Source: the human T2T-CHM13v2.0 reference genome, Homo sapiens
Direction: 5' to 3' (one strand)
NCBI RefSeq assembly: GCF_009914755.1
Contig: NC_060929.1
Length of the DNA stretch: 64,000 nt
A model generated the notes under the pieces. That model ran no database searches. It was not told the DNA's origin and was given only the letters and a program-made list of their open reading frames with translations. Position numbers and translations under genes: made by a program. Position 1 is the stretch's first letter. The number at the start of each line of letters is the position of its first letter. Shown here piece by piece: positions 27,130 to 41,214 of the stretch.

Positions 27130-27271
27130 CTTTTTTAGAAAAAAAATTCAATAGTTTTTGAGGGTACAGGTGATTTTTAGTTACGTATATGAGTTCTATA
27201 GTGGTGAATTCTGAGATTTTAGTGCAGCTGTCAGCTGAGCAGTGTACAGTGTAGCCAATATGTAATATTTT
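27130..27271 (-). mobile_element. Short L1PB-type 3' end
   Basis: 'atagtttttgagggtacaggtgatttttagttac...gtggtgaattctgagattttagtgca...gcagtgtacagtgtagccaatatgta'. Confidence 0.75.
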
Positions 27272-27503
27272 GTTTCTTTCTGAATATGATGGCTTTGCAT
27301 AGTGGCTCTCGAAGTGATCACAGTGAGGATGGCAAGTAGGGGGTGAGGTCTCATCAGTACATGTCTTTGAAATTGCTTTCCATGACTTCCGTAGTGAAGA
27401 GCTATTGACTTGGAAGCTTCCACAATTAAGAATTTCTTTTCCTCTCCATGATAGGCCTAATTTTGATCTATTCTCAATCCAAGACAATTTAGATACTATC
27501 CAT

Positions 27504-28507
27504 GGTGACTATAGTCACCCTGTTGTACCATCAAATAGTAGGTCTTATTCATTCTTTCTAACTATTTTTGTACCCATTAGCCATCTTCCCCACCCAACTC
27601 CCTACTACCCTTCTCAGCCTCTGGTAACCATTCTTCTACTCTTTGTGTCCATGAGTTCAATTGTTTTGATTTTGTATCCTACAAGTAAGTGAAAACATGA
27701 AATGTTTATCTTTCTCTACCTGGCTTATTTCACTTAACATAATGATTTCCAGTTCCATGTGTGTTGTTGCAAATGACAGTATCTCATTCTTTTTTATGGC
27801 TGAATAGTCCATTGTGTATATGTACCCCATTTTTTCCCTTTCATCTGTTGATTAACACTTAAGTAGCTTCCAAATCTTAGCTATTATAAACAGTGTTCCA
27901 AAAAACATTGGAGTGCAGGCATCTCTTCAATATACTGATTTGCTTTCTTTTGTGTATATGCCAAGCAGTGGGATTGTTGGATCATATAGTAGCTCTATTG
28001 TTAGTTTTTTGCGGAACCTCCAAACTGTTCTCTATAGTGGTTTTACTAATTTAGATTACCATCAACAGAATACAATGATTCCCTTTTCTCCACATCCTCT
28101 CCAACATTTGTTATTGCCTGTCTTTCAAATACAAGCCATTTTAACTGTGGAGAGATGATATCTCATTGTAGTTTTGATTTGCATTTCTCTGATGATCAAT
28201 AATGTTGAGCATCTTTTCATATGCCTGTTTGCCATTTGTGTATCTTCTTTTGAGAAATGTCTATTCAAATCTTTTGCCCATTTAAAAATTGGATCATTAA
28301 ATCATTTTCCTGTAGAGTTGTTTGAGCTTCTTATCTATTCTGGCTATTAATCCCTTGTCAGATGGGTAATTTGCAAATATTTTGTCCCATTCTTTGGGTT
28401 TTCTCTTCACTTTGTTGATTGTTTCCTTAGCTGTGCAGAAGTTTTTTTAACTTGACATGATCTTATTGGTCCATGTTTGCTTTGGTTTCCTGTGCTTGTG
28501 GGGTATT
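27504..28507 (-). mobile_element. L1MA (L1MA1-3-like) ORF2 C-terminus and 3' UTR fragment
   Basis: 'gactatagtcaccctgttg...cagcctctggtaaccattcttctactc', 'gagtgcaggcatctcttcaatatactgatt', 'ttttgagaaatgtctattcaaatcttttgccc'. Confidence 0.88.
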
Positions 28508-29166
28508 AGGGCCACATTTTGGAACCTCTGGAAGAGTTGGTGGGACTATGGTGACCTCATGATGCTCACTGAATCTTGTTTCATGTAACATGAGATCACT
28601 ATCTTCTTTCTCACAGTTGTAGCATAGGTAACAGGTATATTTTTATTTTGTCATAGAAACATAGAAAGCTAGTTGCTAGACTCTCCCTAAAATCTCCCAA
28701 TCAAGAGATTGTTTAGGGACTTCATTTTCTTTTACTTCAGCATATTTTATCTTCTAGGAGAGGGACACATGGTTGTATAGCCTAAGGTCAAAGGAAAAGA
28801 GTTTCAGACTATTAATTACATCTGCTTCCCAGAAGGGTTACCCACTGATATTGAAGGGCCCTAAAGAGCTTTTTTTTATTATTTACTTAAATCACCTGGT
28901 ACTTGGATGTGCTTATGGGTCTTTTCTGAACAGTCCTCAATGCTCCACTTTAGCAAGCCATCTCTGGGTCATAGCCTTTCAGCTTGCTTTTGTGTATATT
29001 ATAAACATACATATATAATGGAAACATACTGTCTTTGTGTGCTGGTATGAGACCAGGAGGAAGGCCTCTGTGTCTTGCTGGTATTCTTTCCCAAACAGTT
29101 ACCACACTGTCATTTGTCTTTACTGTAATGCCTCATTTCTATTTAAGAAACAAATGAATATACTGT

Positions 29167-30762
29167 TGTCACAGGATCCTTGGGGTGTCACTTCTCTAGC
29201 CAGAAACCTCTGTTGTTGAGGGTACCTTCTGCTTGAATATTGCTTGTGCCCACTGAGCTTGTTCTGCCCACTCAGCCTGGCAGGCTGTGCTCAGCTTGCA
29301 CTACCGGCCTGGATCCCACACTTGCCATTGGTGAGCCAGGCATGAAGCAGTGAGGGGTGTGTGGGTGAGCGAGTGTGGGGTCCAGCCACTGTGCAGAGCC
29401 AGCCACGCCAGCTGCTGTGACAGGGCAGGCAGCTCAAGGTGCTGGGCACAGGTGTCAGCTCTGTGCGAGGCTGCAACTGGACCAAATGTACCACATGTGG
29501 TTTCTGCTGCAGGCACCTGTGTCTGGACAAGGGAAATGCAGTGGCACCCAGAAGCTTGGAGATACCAGAAACTGCAGAGCTACAGAGGGTGCCACAGCCC
29601 CGGCATGGGGAGCCCCTAGGTCTGGGGTCCCTATAGGGCTGCAGCTCTTCCCTCCTTCTTGTCGCCTACAGCATGGTGAGTGGGGGTATGCGTTTCAGCC
29701 CTGTTTGTGTTACAGCTCTTTTAGTCCTGCCATTTGGTGGGTCCTGAGTTGTTGTCCCACATCCAGGAAAAGGAGGCATGTGGACAACTGGAGGGTGAAC
29801 AAGGTGGCAGGAGCTTCACTGAGCTACAGAACAGCTCTCAGGAGACTCATAGTGGGTAGCTCCTTTCCACAGGCAGCTTGTCCTGATGAGTGTCCAGCTC
29901 TTAGTGGAGAGGAGACCCTCAGTAGTTAGCTCCTTTCTGCAGGCAGTTCGTCTGGATGAGTCCAGGAGACCCAAAGTAGATCGTTACCTCCTGCAGCTGG
30001 TAGTCTGGAGTCTGTTAGAGTCTGGCTGAGTCCAGGGTTTTTATGGTCTCAGAGGGAAGACGCGCCTGCTGATTGGTCCATGCGCGGCCATGAGCAGGCT
30101 GGAAAAAGTACTATAAATCCTAACTCCTGGCAACTGACTCCAGGCTTGGAGCCTGAACCCCAGGCTTCAGACTGTCCCTGGCTTGAAGGTGGGGTTTTAC
30201 CAGGGACCCACCCCTTTCTGCTCAGGAACCTATCATCTGCCTCCCACCATCAACATGTCATCCAGGGCATGCAGGCTGTTAATGCCAAGGGGCACCTGCA
30301 GGCCTGTGCTGAGCCTCCCTCAGCCCTGCTGGCTTCCCTCTCAGTTGTCAGCACCCAAAGTTAGAAGAGGAGGTGAGGCAGCAGGGGGCTGTTGTATTAG
30401 TGCCACTCAAGCACATGCACACCTGGCGGGTTGCAGTAGTGCCTGGGCTCAACCACATCTTTGCTCTGCACTGGAGTGGGCACTGGGAACAGGGAGTGGG
30501 AGCAGGCACTTCTGTGCCTATGGGGACAGGGTCTTCCCAGTCCCTGGAGAGTACAGGGATCCCGGGGTCCAGAGCTGTGGCTGGGCAGCTGTAGTTGTAC
30601 CTGGGAGCATGAGGTTACCACCCCACCAGCTTGGTAGGGGTCAGGGTTCCCACCTGTTCCTGGCCCCAGCTAGCTCCACGGAGTGTGCAGCCCCAGCCAC
30701 GTGTCCCCCGCTGCAGCTGACATCCCACAGTGGCCTCTCCAGATGTGCTGCTGCTGCCATCA
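29167..30762 (-). mobile_element. MER52-family (MER52A-like) solo LTR, ~1.6 kb
   Basis: Minus strand TGATGGCAGCAGCAGCACATCTGGAG...GGATCCTGTGACA; 4-bp TSD ctgt at 29163-29166 and 30763-30766; collinear with the LTR at 11226-13541. Confidence 0.9.
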
Positions 30763-31549
30763 CTGTTGACTTTTAACACTAGGTTTATTAATCTGAAAAC
30801 CAGTAGGCCTTATTTAGAGGCTTTCTTGCCTCTGACTACCCTCATTCTCTCTAACCCCCATCCAAGTTGCCAGTAACCAAAAGGCAAATAGATGGCAAGT
30901 AGATAAATTGTAAGTGATTAATTTTGTATGACATCTTTATTTTAGTCATGTTATTACCTGATGGCTATTACATGTAGGCTTCACACTCTTAAAAATGTCA
31001 GCATCTTGGTTTCTTTTATAATCTTTTATAAAAGTATCAGACTACAAGGGGTCTCAAGATTTTTATTCTTATTTCTACCACTCTTCAATGTATAATACTG
31101 TCACATTTGAGCCAATAAGAATTTCTTGAAAAACTTTGGATATATAAGGGCCAGGTTTTAGTTAAACCTCAATTTACTTCTCTCAGTTTAAATAGAGAGA
31201 AAATAATATCTCTAGAATTCAAAATTATGCTAGTAATATGTTATTTCCTTGGATTTTGCAAATGAGTGCTTATTTTGTCCCACATATTTTACTCAGGATT
31301 GCAAAACGAAAATATTCAAATATTAAATAACATATTACTAGTAAGTTATTATTTTAGAAAGTAGTACCTAATTTTTACATCGGATCTCTTTTTTATCTTA
31401 AAAAATTTTTTTTTAGCAAGAACAACAAACCAGGTAAATCCATGCTTTATTACTTATACACATAGACATACTTGTTTATGCACGTGTCTAGATATGGAAT
31501 TTATATCATTCTAGACATGGAATTATATCTAGATTTTCCTAGAGGAACC

Positions 31550-31934
31550 GTGAATGTCTCCCCCAAAGGTCACATGTTGGAAACTTAATCCTCAATGTTA
31601 CAGTGTTGAGAGGTGGGACTTTAAAAGATAATTGGGTCATGAGGGTAGAGTGTACTAATGCTGTCATTGCAGGAGAGGGTTAGTGATTACAGGTGTGAGT
31701 TCCTAATAAAAGGATGAGTCTAGACCCCCTCCCCCCTCTCTCTCATGAATTTTCTTTTGCCCTTCCACCTTCCACCTTCTAGCATGGGATGGTGTAGCAA
31801 GAAGGCCCTCTCAAGATAGAGACCCTTTGACCTGGGTCTTCTCAGCCTCTAGAACTGTAAGAAACAAAATCTTGTTCTATATAAATTATCCAGTGTGTGA
31901 TATTCTGTTATTACAATACAAAATGACTAAGACA
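31550..31934 (+). mobile_element. MST (MSTC/D-like) MaLR solo LTR
   Basis: 'gaatgtctcccccaaaggtcacatgttggaaacttaatcctcaatg...cagcctctagaactgtaagaaac...gactaagaca'. Confidence 0.85.
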
Positions 31935-31963
31935 AAGCCATACAAAATGACTAAGACAAAGCC
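31916..31963 (+). repeat. 24-bp perfect tandem duplication spanning the LTR 3' end
   Basis: atacaaaatgactaagacaaagcc x2. Confidence 0.95.
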
Positions 31964-33479
31964 TTACAAAAAAGTTAAATTTTTCTGGGTTTTGGTTGGA
32001 TTTCTGCTGTCAGTCACAGATTTATTCTCCAGAGAATAAATATGTTTTCCCCTCAACCTGCAGGTGTCCTTTTCTCTTATGTAAACCTTAAAATGAAAGC
32101 TTCAGATGGTACTTTTAAGAACATTCTTAGTGTTTTAAAAAAATCAATGTTGTACAGATTTAAGATGCAGTTGACACTTTGGCTCCATCAGAGAACCGAC
32201 AGCAGAAAGGTATCAATTTTACTTGTTCAGTCAGAGACACTGCAAAATGAAAAATTGCCTTTCCAGTTCTACTGTGAATTTGTGAATATAAAATGGCCTT
32301 CAAAGGAGGGAAGCTACTTGTCTTCATTTAACAACTGATGTCTCAGGATTATATGAATTTGTTATTCTGCTTGAAATAAATTTTCAAAGTATCTCTGTGG
32401 TTAGAAATCAGTTACAGAAATTCTGCCTGATTATTTTTCTTTCTCTTTAGTTAGGAGAAACACTAAATGAACTCTAATAGCTGCATAGCAAGAGCCAATA
32501 AATAATATGACTATAATTCACATTTTCTTTACTCAACCTTTATTTTACCTCAGTAGCAAACTGCTTAACATTTAACCTACTCCTTAACCTATTTCTATCT
32601 TTTCTTTTGCTAAGAATACAGATTTTTGGTGATTATGAGGCCACTCTTTGCTTCTTTAACAATTTCTGTATCTGGTTGCCAGGCCATGTTGCCTGAATCT
32701 CAAAAGCATTTGAAGGGCTAAGAAATCTATAAGATGGAAAGCACCATTTTCTTGCTTGCTATCAAAATAATTAACTTGCATGGTTTAAACACTGTATTTT
32801 ACTCTTATTTATTGCAAGGAATAAACATGATGAAATATATTTCATCATTATTCCATTAGCATTACAACAATTATTTGCTTGCAAACATTAACTTTTTTTT
32901 TGGATCAGCAAAATGAAAATTCTATGCTTTCTAGAAGGCTTGTTGTTTCGAGATTAGTTTTACAATGTATCATTATGGAAGTTTTGGCAGTTACAGGCTC
33001 AAATAGCCAGATATAATAATATTTGGGCAGACTTTACTATGCCCAAATATTTGTGTTTGTGTAAAAAAATTGTGTTTGTGTAAATATTTAGATCATGACT
33101 TTGAGAATATAGCAAAATTGAAGTGACTGTATTGATATAAATCTGGGTTACTTATGGAATGTTTCTGGTTTGTTTTGTGTTGATTTCCTTGTATCTTTAG
33201 CTATAAAGTATAACAGAACTTCCAATATGGGACACAGTCCTGAGAATTACTATTCAGATCTAATACACAATGTACCCAATGTATTGTATGTTTTACTTAT
33301 TGCAATTTTTCTGCATTTCTAATAAATAGTCCCTCACTTGATGATTTCCTAGCATGAGGCAACTCAAAAAGATAAATCCTTGCAAATAATGTTAACCCCA
33401 CAAATCAGCAAAGCATCAGTAAAATAATATATTTTCATTCTTTCCCAGCTAAATATATATATATATATCCATCCTCACA

Positions 33480-34370
33480 AGAACAGTTACATTAGTGTGT
33501 AAAAGACATGGTTTTGAGATAAGTCAGCTGCTATCTGGAAAAATAATAAAATTGATTCCATACTTCATACCAGAATAAATCATAAATAGATTAAATATTT
33601 ACATTAAAATATGATACTCTAAAAATGCATGAAGAAATCATGAAGTAAATATGTTTTACTTATTGTAGGAAATTATAGGAAAGGTTATTGTAGGAAAAGT
33701 TTCTCTAACAATGTAAAACTCAGAATACCAAAAGAAAATATTGACAAATTCTATCATATACAAATCAAAAATGTCATATGGCAAATCTGACATAAGAAAA
33801 TGCAAAATACAAATAAGTGTAATACATTATTTGCAAGTCATACTATGAGAAAAGGATTAATTTTCTTAATATTAACAGCCTGAGAAAAATAGATAAGGAA
33901 AAACTAATCACTCAACATAAAATTGTACAAAGGGTATGCACTCATAGTTCACAGAAGAAATATAAATGTCTCTTAAAATATAAAAAAAAAATTACCTTAT
34001 TGCTGATAAGATCAAGGCAATCTAACAAGACTAAAAATAACAGCCTTTCACTTATAAGAAAAGCAAAGGCACAAAATTTGGTAACATACTATGTTGTCAA
34101 GGACATGTGAGGAAACAAGTGTTATCACCCATTGCTGTGATAAAACAAAATCGTGTACCTCTCATAGCAGTTTGACATATTTACCAAAATTACTAGTGCA
34201 TATACCATTTAGTCTAACAGTTTAACATCTGGGAATTGATCTTATACTTCTCCTCTTATATATCTGGAATGATGTACACATAAGTCTATTTATTGTGATA
34301 ATGAAAGATTATACACAATCTAAATGTTCATCAGTTGTGGATAAGTTTTATAAATCATGATATATATATA

Positions 34371-34416
<46 letters not shown>

Positions 34417-34750
34417 CAGAGAGACAGAGAGAGAGAGTAAAATGCTATGTAGTAATAAAAATAATAAAGTAGCTCTTTGTGTACTATTATGGAAAGACCA
34501 CTAAGACATAGTAACTAAAAACAGCAAAGGGAAGAACAGTACTATAGTATATTGCCATTTTAGTAATAAAAGGAAAATGTGTGTTTGTATGTGTGTGTCC
34601 ATGTGTATAAATGCATAAGCTCTCTTACAGATAAAAACCTAAATATACTGTTGCTTGTGAGGATAGGAACTGAACAGATTGGAGATCGAAAGAAATTTTA
34701 TACTTCATAAATTTTGAACTGTAAAATATGTTTTTTACAAAAACATTAAA
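33480..34750 (+). mobile_element. Old L1ME ORF2 3' part and 3' UTR
   Basis: 'aaattgattccatacttcataccagaataaat', 'tttggtaacatactatgttgtcaaggacatgtgaggaaacaag', 'caatctaaatgttcatcagttgtggataag'. Confidence 0.7.
34360..34437 (+). repeat. (TA)n(GA)n compound microsatellite
   Basis: TA run followed by GA and GAGACA runs. Confidence 0.95.
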
Positions 34751-35499
34751 TTGAAGACACATACACCACAGGCACACTCTCAGACATATAGAAATTCAGT
34801 TCATTCAACTTTTAAGACTCTTAACTTTGAATCTAATTCCATATTTATAGCAGATTAGTATTAAGCTTTACATGACTAGGAGATTTACAAAATCCTGTAA
34901 AGATAGTTAATCTCTCATTAGAAATAAACATAGAGAATGTATCTGAACAAATCTTTTTACATTCCTACATATGCTAAAACATTTCTAATAAATACCACTG
35001 TATTCACTAAACACCAAATTTAAGGACAAGTTTCTTCACTAAGAGAAAGATAAGGGGGATTTTAGTAAAGAAGTTGGAATAAAGAGCTGGACAATAAGGT
35101 CAAAGATAACACTTGGAGGAGGGTTACATGTTCAGGTATATCCCAGACCCCCCATGAGTGAGGTAGATTAGGATTCACAAGAGAAGAATTCCATTTCTGG
35201 CTTTGCCTTTAACTAACTATCTAATCTTGGGTATTTTGTTTCACCTTTTTAGATCTCAATTTGAAGAAAGGAATATTAGAGATGATCTTAAAGATCCTCT
35301 CAATAATTTAATATTTGGTTATTTTTATGTAAATAATTGAAAGTTTTATCACTTTATACAATGCAAGCATTATGCATCTTATATTTTGGTAAGTTTTATA
35401 AGATATGATCAATGCCATTAAAAACTATCTTTGTATTAACCTTCCTAATGGAGCATATAATTAACTAATGACAGCCTAATAGTGATACTTTAAAAAAAA

Positions 35500-36100
35500 T
35501 ATTAAAATAGAAGACATTTGTTTAACATGTAAATGCTATGTGTGTGGCCTAGTGTTTGGCATGTATAGTAACTTCTATGGGTTATAAAGGACATGAATAC
35601 TAGTTGCTTTAATTTTCTGTCTGAGAGAAGCTTAAATCTGATCTTCCGGGATTTGTTAAAGAGGACGTCAGAGAAATGGTGACACGTGGGTTTTGCAGCA
35701 TACATAGAAGCATTAAAGAAAGAATTAGAGGCAAGTTTTAAGTAGGCATGGCCAGCAATGTTAAAGAGGCATTGAAAGATCAAACATATGGGGACATGCA
35801 GTTAATTTGGAATTTATGAAATATTAAGTGTGACCAAGGAGTGGTAGGAAATGAAACTGGAAAAGTTAAGTAAGGTCAGATAACAAAGAGCATGATTTGC
35901 ATTCTAACAGGCTTGGATTTATTCTTTTGGCAATGAAAAGCCATTGAAGTTTTTAAAGTAGGTGACTAATAGGTGTTTTAGATAGATTATTCTGAGTATT
36001 ATTGAGTAATGACTTAGAAAATAGGAGACTGGAGGCACCTGGACAGATTAAGACATTTGGCAATAGTGGGTAGACAAAGGATGATAAATGTTTGAACAAA
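35500..36100 (-). mobile_element. L2 fragment
   Basis: 'ggattttattcttttggcaatgaaaagccattgaagtttttaaagtagg...gattattctg...gagactggaggca'. Confidence 0.6.
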
Positions 36101-37619
36101 AATAAAATCAGAATCTTGAAACTGCATGTGAGGGTGTGTGGTTGTTCTGGTGGTGTGAGCTTATTTTATCTAAATTCTGGAGATTAGAGAGAATCCAATG
36201 ACATCTCAGAAACAATAGCACTTTATTTCATTCTTTCTCGCTCTCTTTTGCACTCTGCCAAAAGTTAAAGCCCTTATTCAAGTATTCCTTTCTGTTTTTA
36301 TTATTTCCCTTAAAACGTTTCTCAGTATGATTGTCTATACTATTTTAAAAAATTTTACTTTCTGCTAATTATCTAAGAGAAAAATTTAATTTTTCATGTT
36401 CTATAGTCTCTAAAACTAGTTGTAGACAGTGTTCTCTTTAACAAATGCAGTTGAAAAAACAAAGTATGGGGAGCAGAACAAGCTGAAGAAGTGGCTGTGG
36501 AGATTAGACCTCAGGGTTAAATGGAAGAGTACATTTATTTAGCCTTTAGGAGCCCCATGTGGCTGACCTGGGCACCAGTATTATTCTCCCTGCTTTCTCT
36601 TGCCTTGATGACATACAGGAGTAATGCTGATTCCAAAGAAGGAAGAAGGGGTGCTTCTGACCCATATTAAAATGAAAAATTTTAAGCAACATTTTGAATT
36701 CTTTTATCAGAACTCTATTTTGTAGGCTTTTTCTTTTTCCAAAAAAATTTCCATCTTAACGAGAATCTGTTAGCTCAGCAACCAGAATGTTAAACAAACT
36801 ATTTGTCTAAACCTCTAAAACCTATGCAATGGAATTGTGTTGAAATGTTTTCCCAATTAGAAGTTGGTTCTTTAGCTTAATTTCAGGTGCGAGAATCTTT
36901 CTCACAGTAAGTGGGACTACAAAAACAGTTTAAGCATTTAAAGTTATTTTAATCAATTCTGGCTTCTAGTACATATTCAACACATTATTTCTTTTTAAGG
37001 GAGTTATTAAGTTGGGCTATAAATCTGAAATTTAACTAAGCTTTTTTTTTTTTTTTTCTGCACTTGGTGCCAGAAAAAGTGTTTCTGAATCTTCTTTCTT
37101 TGTGCTCCTTCCAGCTACTTGTAAAGGGTCACTGTGTTCCTAAGTTGAATATTTCCTTCCCAATGTTGATGCTCCCCTAAGAGAAAGAACAACAATGTTT
37201 GAACTTCAGAGATGGTTTTGCTTCTTGTTTCCCACCCTCTCTTCCCCATCTGTGTAATGTGGTACTTTTTGCTTGATTGACATTAAACAAAAACACACAT
37301 GATTAACGATCTTTCTCTGTTGCTCATCCTTTGATATTTTGAGTCAGTCAGCAGCATGTTCTTAGTGCATGAAGGTGGCTCATTTGCCCACTGGGATCTT
37401 TAGTCAACTGGCACCAATAGAGCTAAACATTTGCATTGAATATCAGCATTATTTTCTCTCAATACCAACGACCACTCATTTAAAAATTAAATTGTTGACC
37501 TTATGGGTTAAAAAATAGAATCCAACAAATTACATTCTACAAAAAATTAATTCACCTTGGTTATTTGAGGATTTGTTATACTTCAGGGTCACTGTGGATA
37601 TCGTTTATACTATTGCTAG

Positions 37620-38130
37620 ATTAGTTATGGGAGACAGCATTGACTTAGCCTATAAGGAAATAGTTATTGTTTTTTAATAGCCTCTGTGGTTGATATATCG
37701 TTCATAATTGAGAGTGAAGGTAAGCAAGAACTGCAACTCAAACATGTTTAAAAGTAAGGATTTTAAAAATTTCACTGATAGTCCATTAGTTGAGAAGTTT
37801 CTAGATGTGGTGTTATTAGTACTTAAATTATGTCATTTCTAGGTTAATTTTCCTTCTGTGCTGCCCTCAAGGTCAATGTCATATGAGGGTGGGGTCCCTC
37901 CTTATAGTGGCAGGATGGCTACCAGTGGTCATTGAGTTTAAATGGTTCCTTGTTAATGTCTAGCAGGAGACATTTCTTTTTCCTAGGAGACTGCAAAACT
38001 CTTCACATGTATGCCATTGGCCAAAATTGGTTTAGGACTCTTCATCTCTGAGTCAGAATAATTGATACTGGAAAGTCATCCATTGATTACTTTAGTGGTA
38101 GAATCTTCACATAGGAAGGGTAGCTGTGAC
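37620..38130 (-). mobile_element. Old MLT1 (MaLR) LTR remnant
   Basis: 'cttctgtgctgccctc...gtggcaggatggctaccagtgg...cattggccaaaattgg'. Confidence 0.4.
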
Positions 38131-39349
38131 ATCTAAACAGGTGCTCACTACAAGTCTAGGAATAACAAGGAGAACATATATATACAATTAGATGTTTTAG
38201 TGTTATAATTTTCTTTAATTACTTTTAGCTTGGCACAGCCTGGAAGAATTCTTCCCTAAATGGTTCCCACTTCTGCCATCATATACAAGAAAATTTATAT
38301 ATTCTGAATAAAATTAAACCCGTATCCTTTGGGATCGGAATATGTAACCTCAGCAGACAACAGCTTAAACTACAAGATCTAGCTGCCCCTCCTCATGTGG
38401 TATCGGACTTGATTTCTTTAAGGAAGCCAACAAGTATCTTTACAAAGTCCTGGAATTTCTGGACACTGGTGTGTATGTGTGCACATGTGCATACACACAA
38501 TACTAATTGAGGGAGAGGGATGTCATTGGCTTCCTGTAATTTTTTATTTGTCACTCTGACATTGACATGTATGTTTTGGGTTTCATATGGTATAATTTCA
38601 TAACTCTAAAAATATCAGAGTATATTGGACATAATAAGTATGGTTCCAGCTTATTTATCACAATAAACCCATGATAAAATTGATTATGTATAGTTTTTTC
38701 CACTGAGTAGAAATCTAAGATTGATTCAGACATGAAATACAGCATTTGTTTATCCAAATAAGCAGGCAATGATTGAGGTCCGATGAAAGAGAGTCCTGTA
38801 GGAAAAACTGCATACACATTTCAAATTACTTGATGGAAAAGCCATGTAAAAAAATCACAAAAATAATTTTAATTACTGGAGAACTAGAGAGCATGAATAT
38901 ACTTAAAATTAGATGCTGTGATGATCCTATTTGAACACTGCTATCATCCAAATAAAAATATAACTTTATTATCAGTAATTCCTTTTAGAAATACAAAAAC
39001 ATCTAGTCAAAAAGATGAGCCATTAAGTGTCATGAGCCATTCATACATTTCAAAATCTTAAAATAAATATATGCTAAATGCTTTATTTAACTCATTAAAA
39101 ATATTCTCCCCCATCTCCATTTCACCTTTGTATAAAGTCCTCCAGAATGGAACGATTCAGTGGTTACTATATATAAAGATTTCAGAGAAATAAATGCAAT
39201 GCTTAGGAATATTCTTCTGGTGAGATACATAAGGCATACATGAAGAAATAAAATGATTTTGGTAATTATGATTAAAAGTAAATATTTTTTCAAAAAAGTC
39301 ATACAGATAACAGATTTTATTCAATTAAGGAAGAGCTTAAAAATTTGTT

Positions 39350-39555
39350 TTAATAGCATGAATTTCATGTTAAGTGTTCATACACACACACAGAAAAAGG
39401 ATACAAGGAAACTGTTGGAGGTGATGGATATGTTTATTACCTTAAATGTGGTGATGATATCATGGCTATATACATATGTCCAAACCCATTAAATTGTATA
39501 CATTAACTATGTGCAGTTTTCTCTAAATCAATTATACTTAAAACTGTAAAAAAAT
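39350..39555 (+). mobile_element. L1MB-type 3' end
   Basis: 'catgttaagtgttc...aaggaaactgttggaggtgatggatatgtttattacctt...gtccaaacccattaaattgtatacattaac'. Confidence 0.8.
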
Positions 39556-39734
39556 ACTTTTAAAAAGTGATTTTATATTTATATTTGTGCCAGGCACTAT
39601 TTTTGGTCCAAAGATAGGACAGATAATGTTCCTCTTATTATGAAGGTAAAATTGTAGTTGGAGGGAGGGACACAGATAATATAACTGTTTATTAAATGGC
39701 CAAGATAATTTCATATAGTGATAAATGTAATAAA

Positions 39735-40028
39735 GCTGAGAACAACCCCCAACTGAAAGCCAGCAAGAAAATGTGGACCTCTGCCTTAAAATTGCAAGAA
39801 ATTGAATTCTGCCACCATGGTCCTTGAAGCTTGTTCTTTTCCACAGCCTACAGATATGAGCCCAGACTAGCTGACACCTTGACTTTGGCCCTGTATAACC
39901 CTATGCAGAGAACGCAGTTCTGGCACACTGGGCCCAGACTTCTGACATAAGGAAACTGTGAGACAATAAATGGATATTGTTTTAAGCTGCTGAGTTTGTG
40001 GTAATTTGTTATGACAATGATAGAATAT
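39735..40028 (+). mobile_element. MLT1E-like MaLR LTR, 3' half
   Basis: 'gccagcaagaaaatgtggacctc...gctgacaccttgactttggccctg...cagacttctgac...ttttaagctgctgagtttgtggtaatttgttatg'. Confidence 0.8.
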
Positions 40029-40259
40029 CCTTCAGTGCTAACCAGCTATGAATGCTTTCTGTCTCCTGGGTCAGCCTGCCATATAGGCAAGGACTTCTGC
40101 TTTGGTCTTAATAATATATTCTATTCCTATCTGAGTTATCGAAATATTTACCATCCAGGTTGCTGCAGCCACAGCATTGTCACTTCAGAAAAATATTCCC
40201 TGATAAACTAAACACTTGAAAATTTAACCATTTCACTCTTTGTAACACTTGCTAGCATG

Positions 40260-40293
40260 TAGCATTAGCTAGCACCTAGCATTAGCTAGCACC
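40260..40293 (+). repeat. 17-bp perfect tandem duplication
   Basis: tagcattagctagcacc x2. Confidence 0.95.
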
Positions 40294-41214
40294 AGTCTAT
40301 CTCTTCCTATTACATGACAGTGTAATACAAATGCAAGTCAAACTGATCGTCTGGTAAAATGTCAAATCTTGCAAAAAACAAAGATTGAATAAAGTTGGTG
40401 GAAGTGATATTGGAGACTTGTCAAATAACAATCTTGCAGAATCAGACCATTTACTAATGAAGAAGGAAGAAATTGGCCAGGATGGTTGTGGGATAGTGTA
40501 TACACTCTAAGTGACCTTCCCCGCTGCTACTAATGGCTAAACATATGCAGTTAACCAACATTTTCTGTAGTGTGCTTGAATCCTCTGATTCATATGCTAG
40601 TATTTTTGCATCCTTTTTGGATTCTATTTTTTTATTTGTGCCCCATCCAATCATCACATCTTCCTAGGAACGGGATTCCGTGAAGCCTAGTCCTTTGGAT
40701 TCCTGTTTCCACTTTGGCTCAGTAGTGTCTCCACTAATATATTCTGTCAGTTACAGAAGGAAGTTCCTGTTGCCGAATTGGACATCCTTGTAGCAAACAT
40801 TGCCTGAATCAGGCATGATCTTGCCACACCCCTTAGACAACGCGGCAGTCTCCACTGGCTCTCCTTGTCTGGCCAGCTTCTGTTGCTGGGAAAATTGCCC
40901 ACGTGTCTTCCCTAGCAAGCCCTGGGCAGCTGAGCTGCACTCAGTTCCAGCTTCCTCTCCCCTTCCCAACTATTCCTGTTACCAAGGTCCTAAGATAGCT
41001 TACTAGAAACCAAGACTAAGTGATTATCAATGTGATCTTTTGGAAATGCTTTTAATTTTTCCAGGCCAGATAATTTTTGCTTTGATGTACTTGGAATGTT
41101 TTCCAGAGATGCAGGCATTTCCTTTTGTGGCAAAAGCTGAGAGTTGTGTCCTATCTCTTCTATCCTCCCCCTACCCCATCCCCTGCATGAAATAGAGCTA
41201 CCCCACCCTCAGTA

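Noticed and set aside
26521-27487. Minus-strand ORFs of 143 and 152 aa
   Set aside because: They run through AT-rich/L2-like and L1PB sequence, with no splice structure or domain.
27504-27519. 16-bp palindrome ggtgactatagtcacc at the L1MA breakpoint
   Set aside because: The core tgactatagtca is part of the L1MA 3' UTR consensus; the small extension may be chance.
29291-30776. ORFs of 184 and 197 aa
   Set aside because: Inside the MER52 solo LTR bounded by a TSD; compositional artefact.
40330-40460. Possible Tigger DNA-transposon fragment
   Set aside because: Only a vague recalled resemblance; no terminal inverted repeats found.
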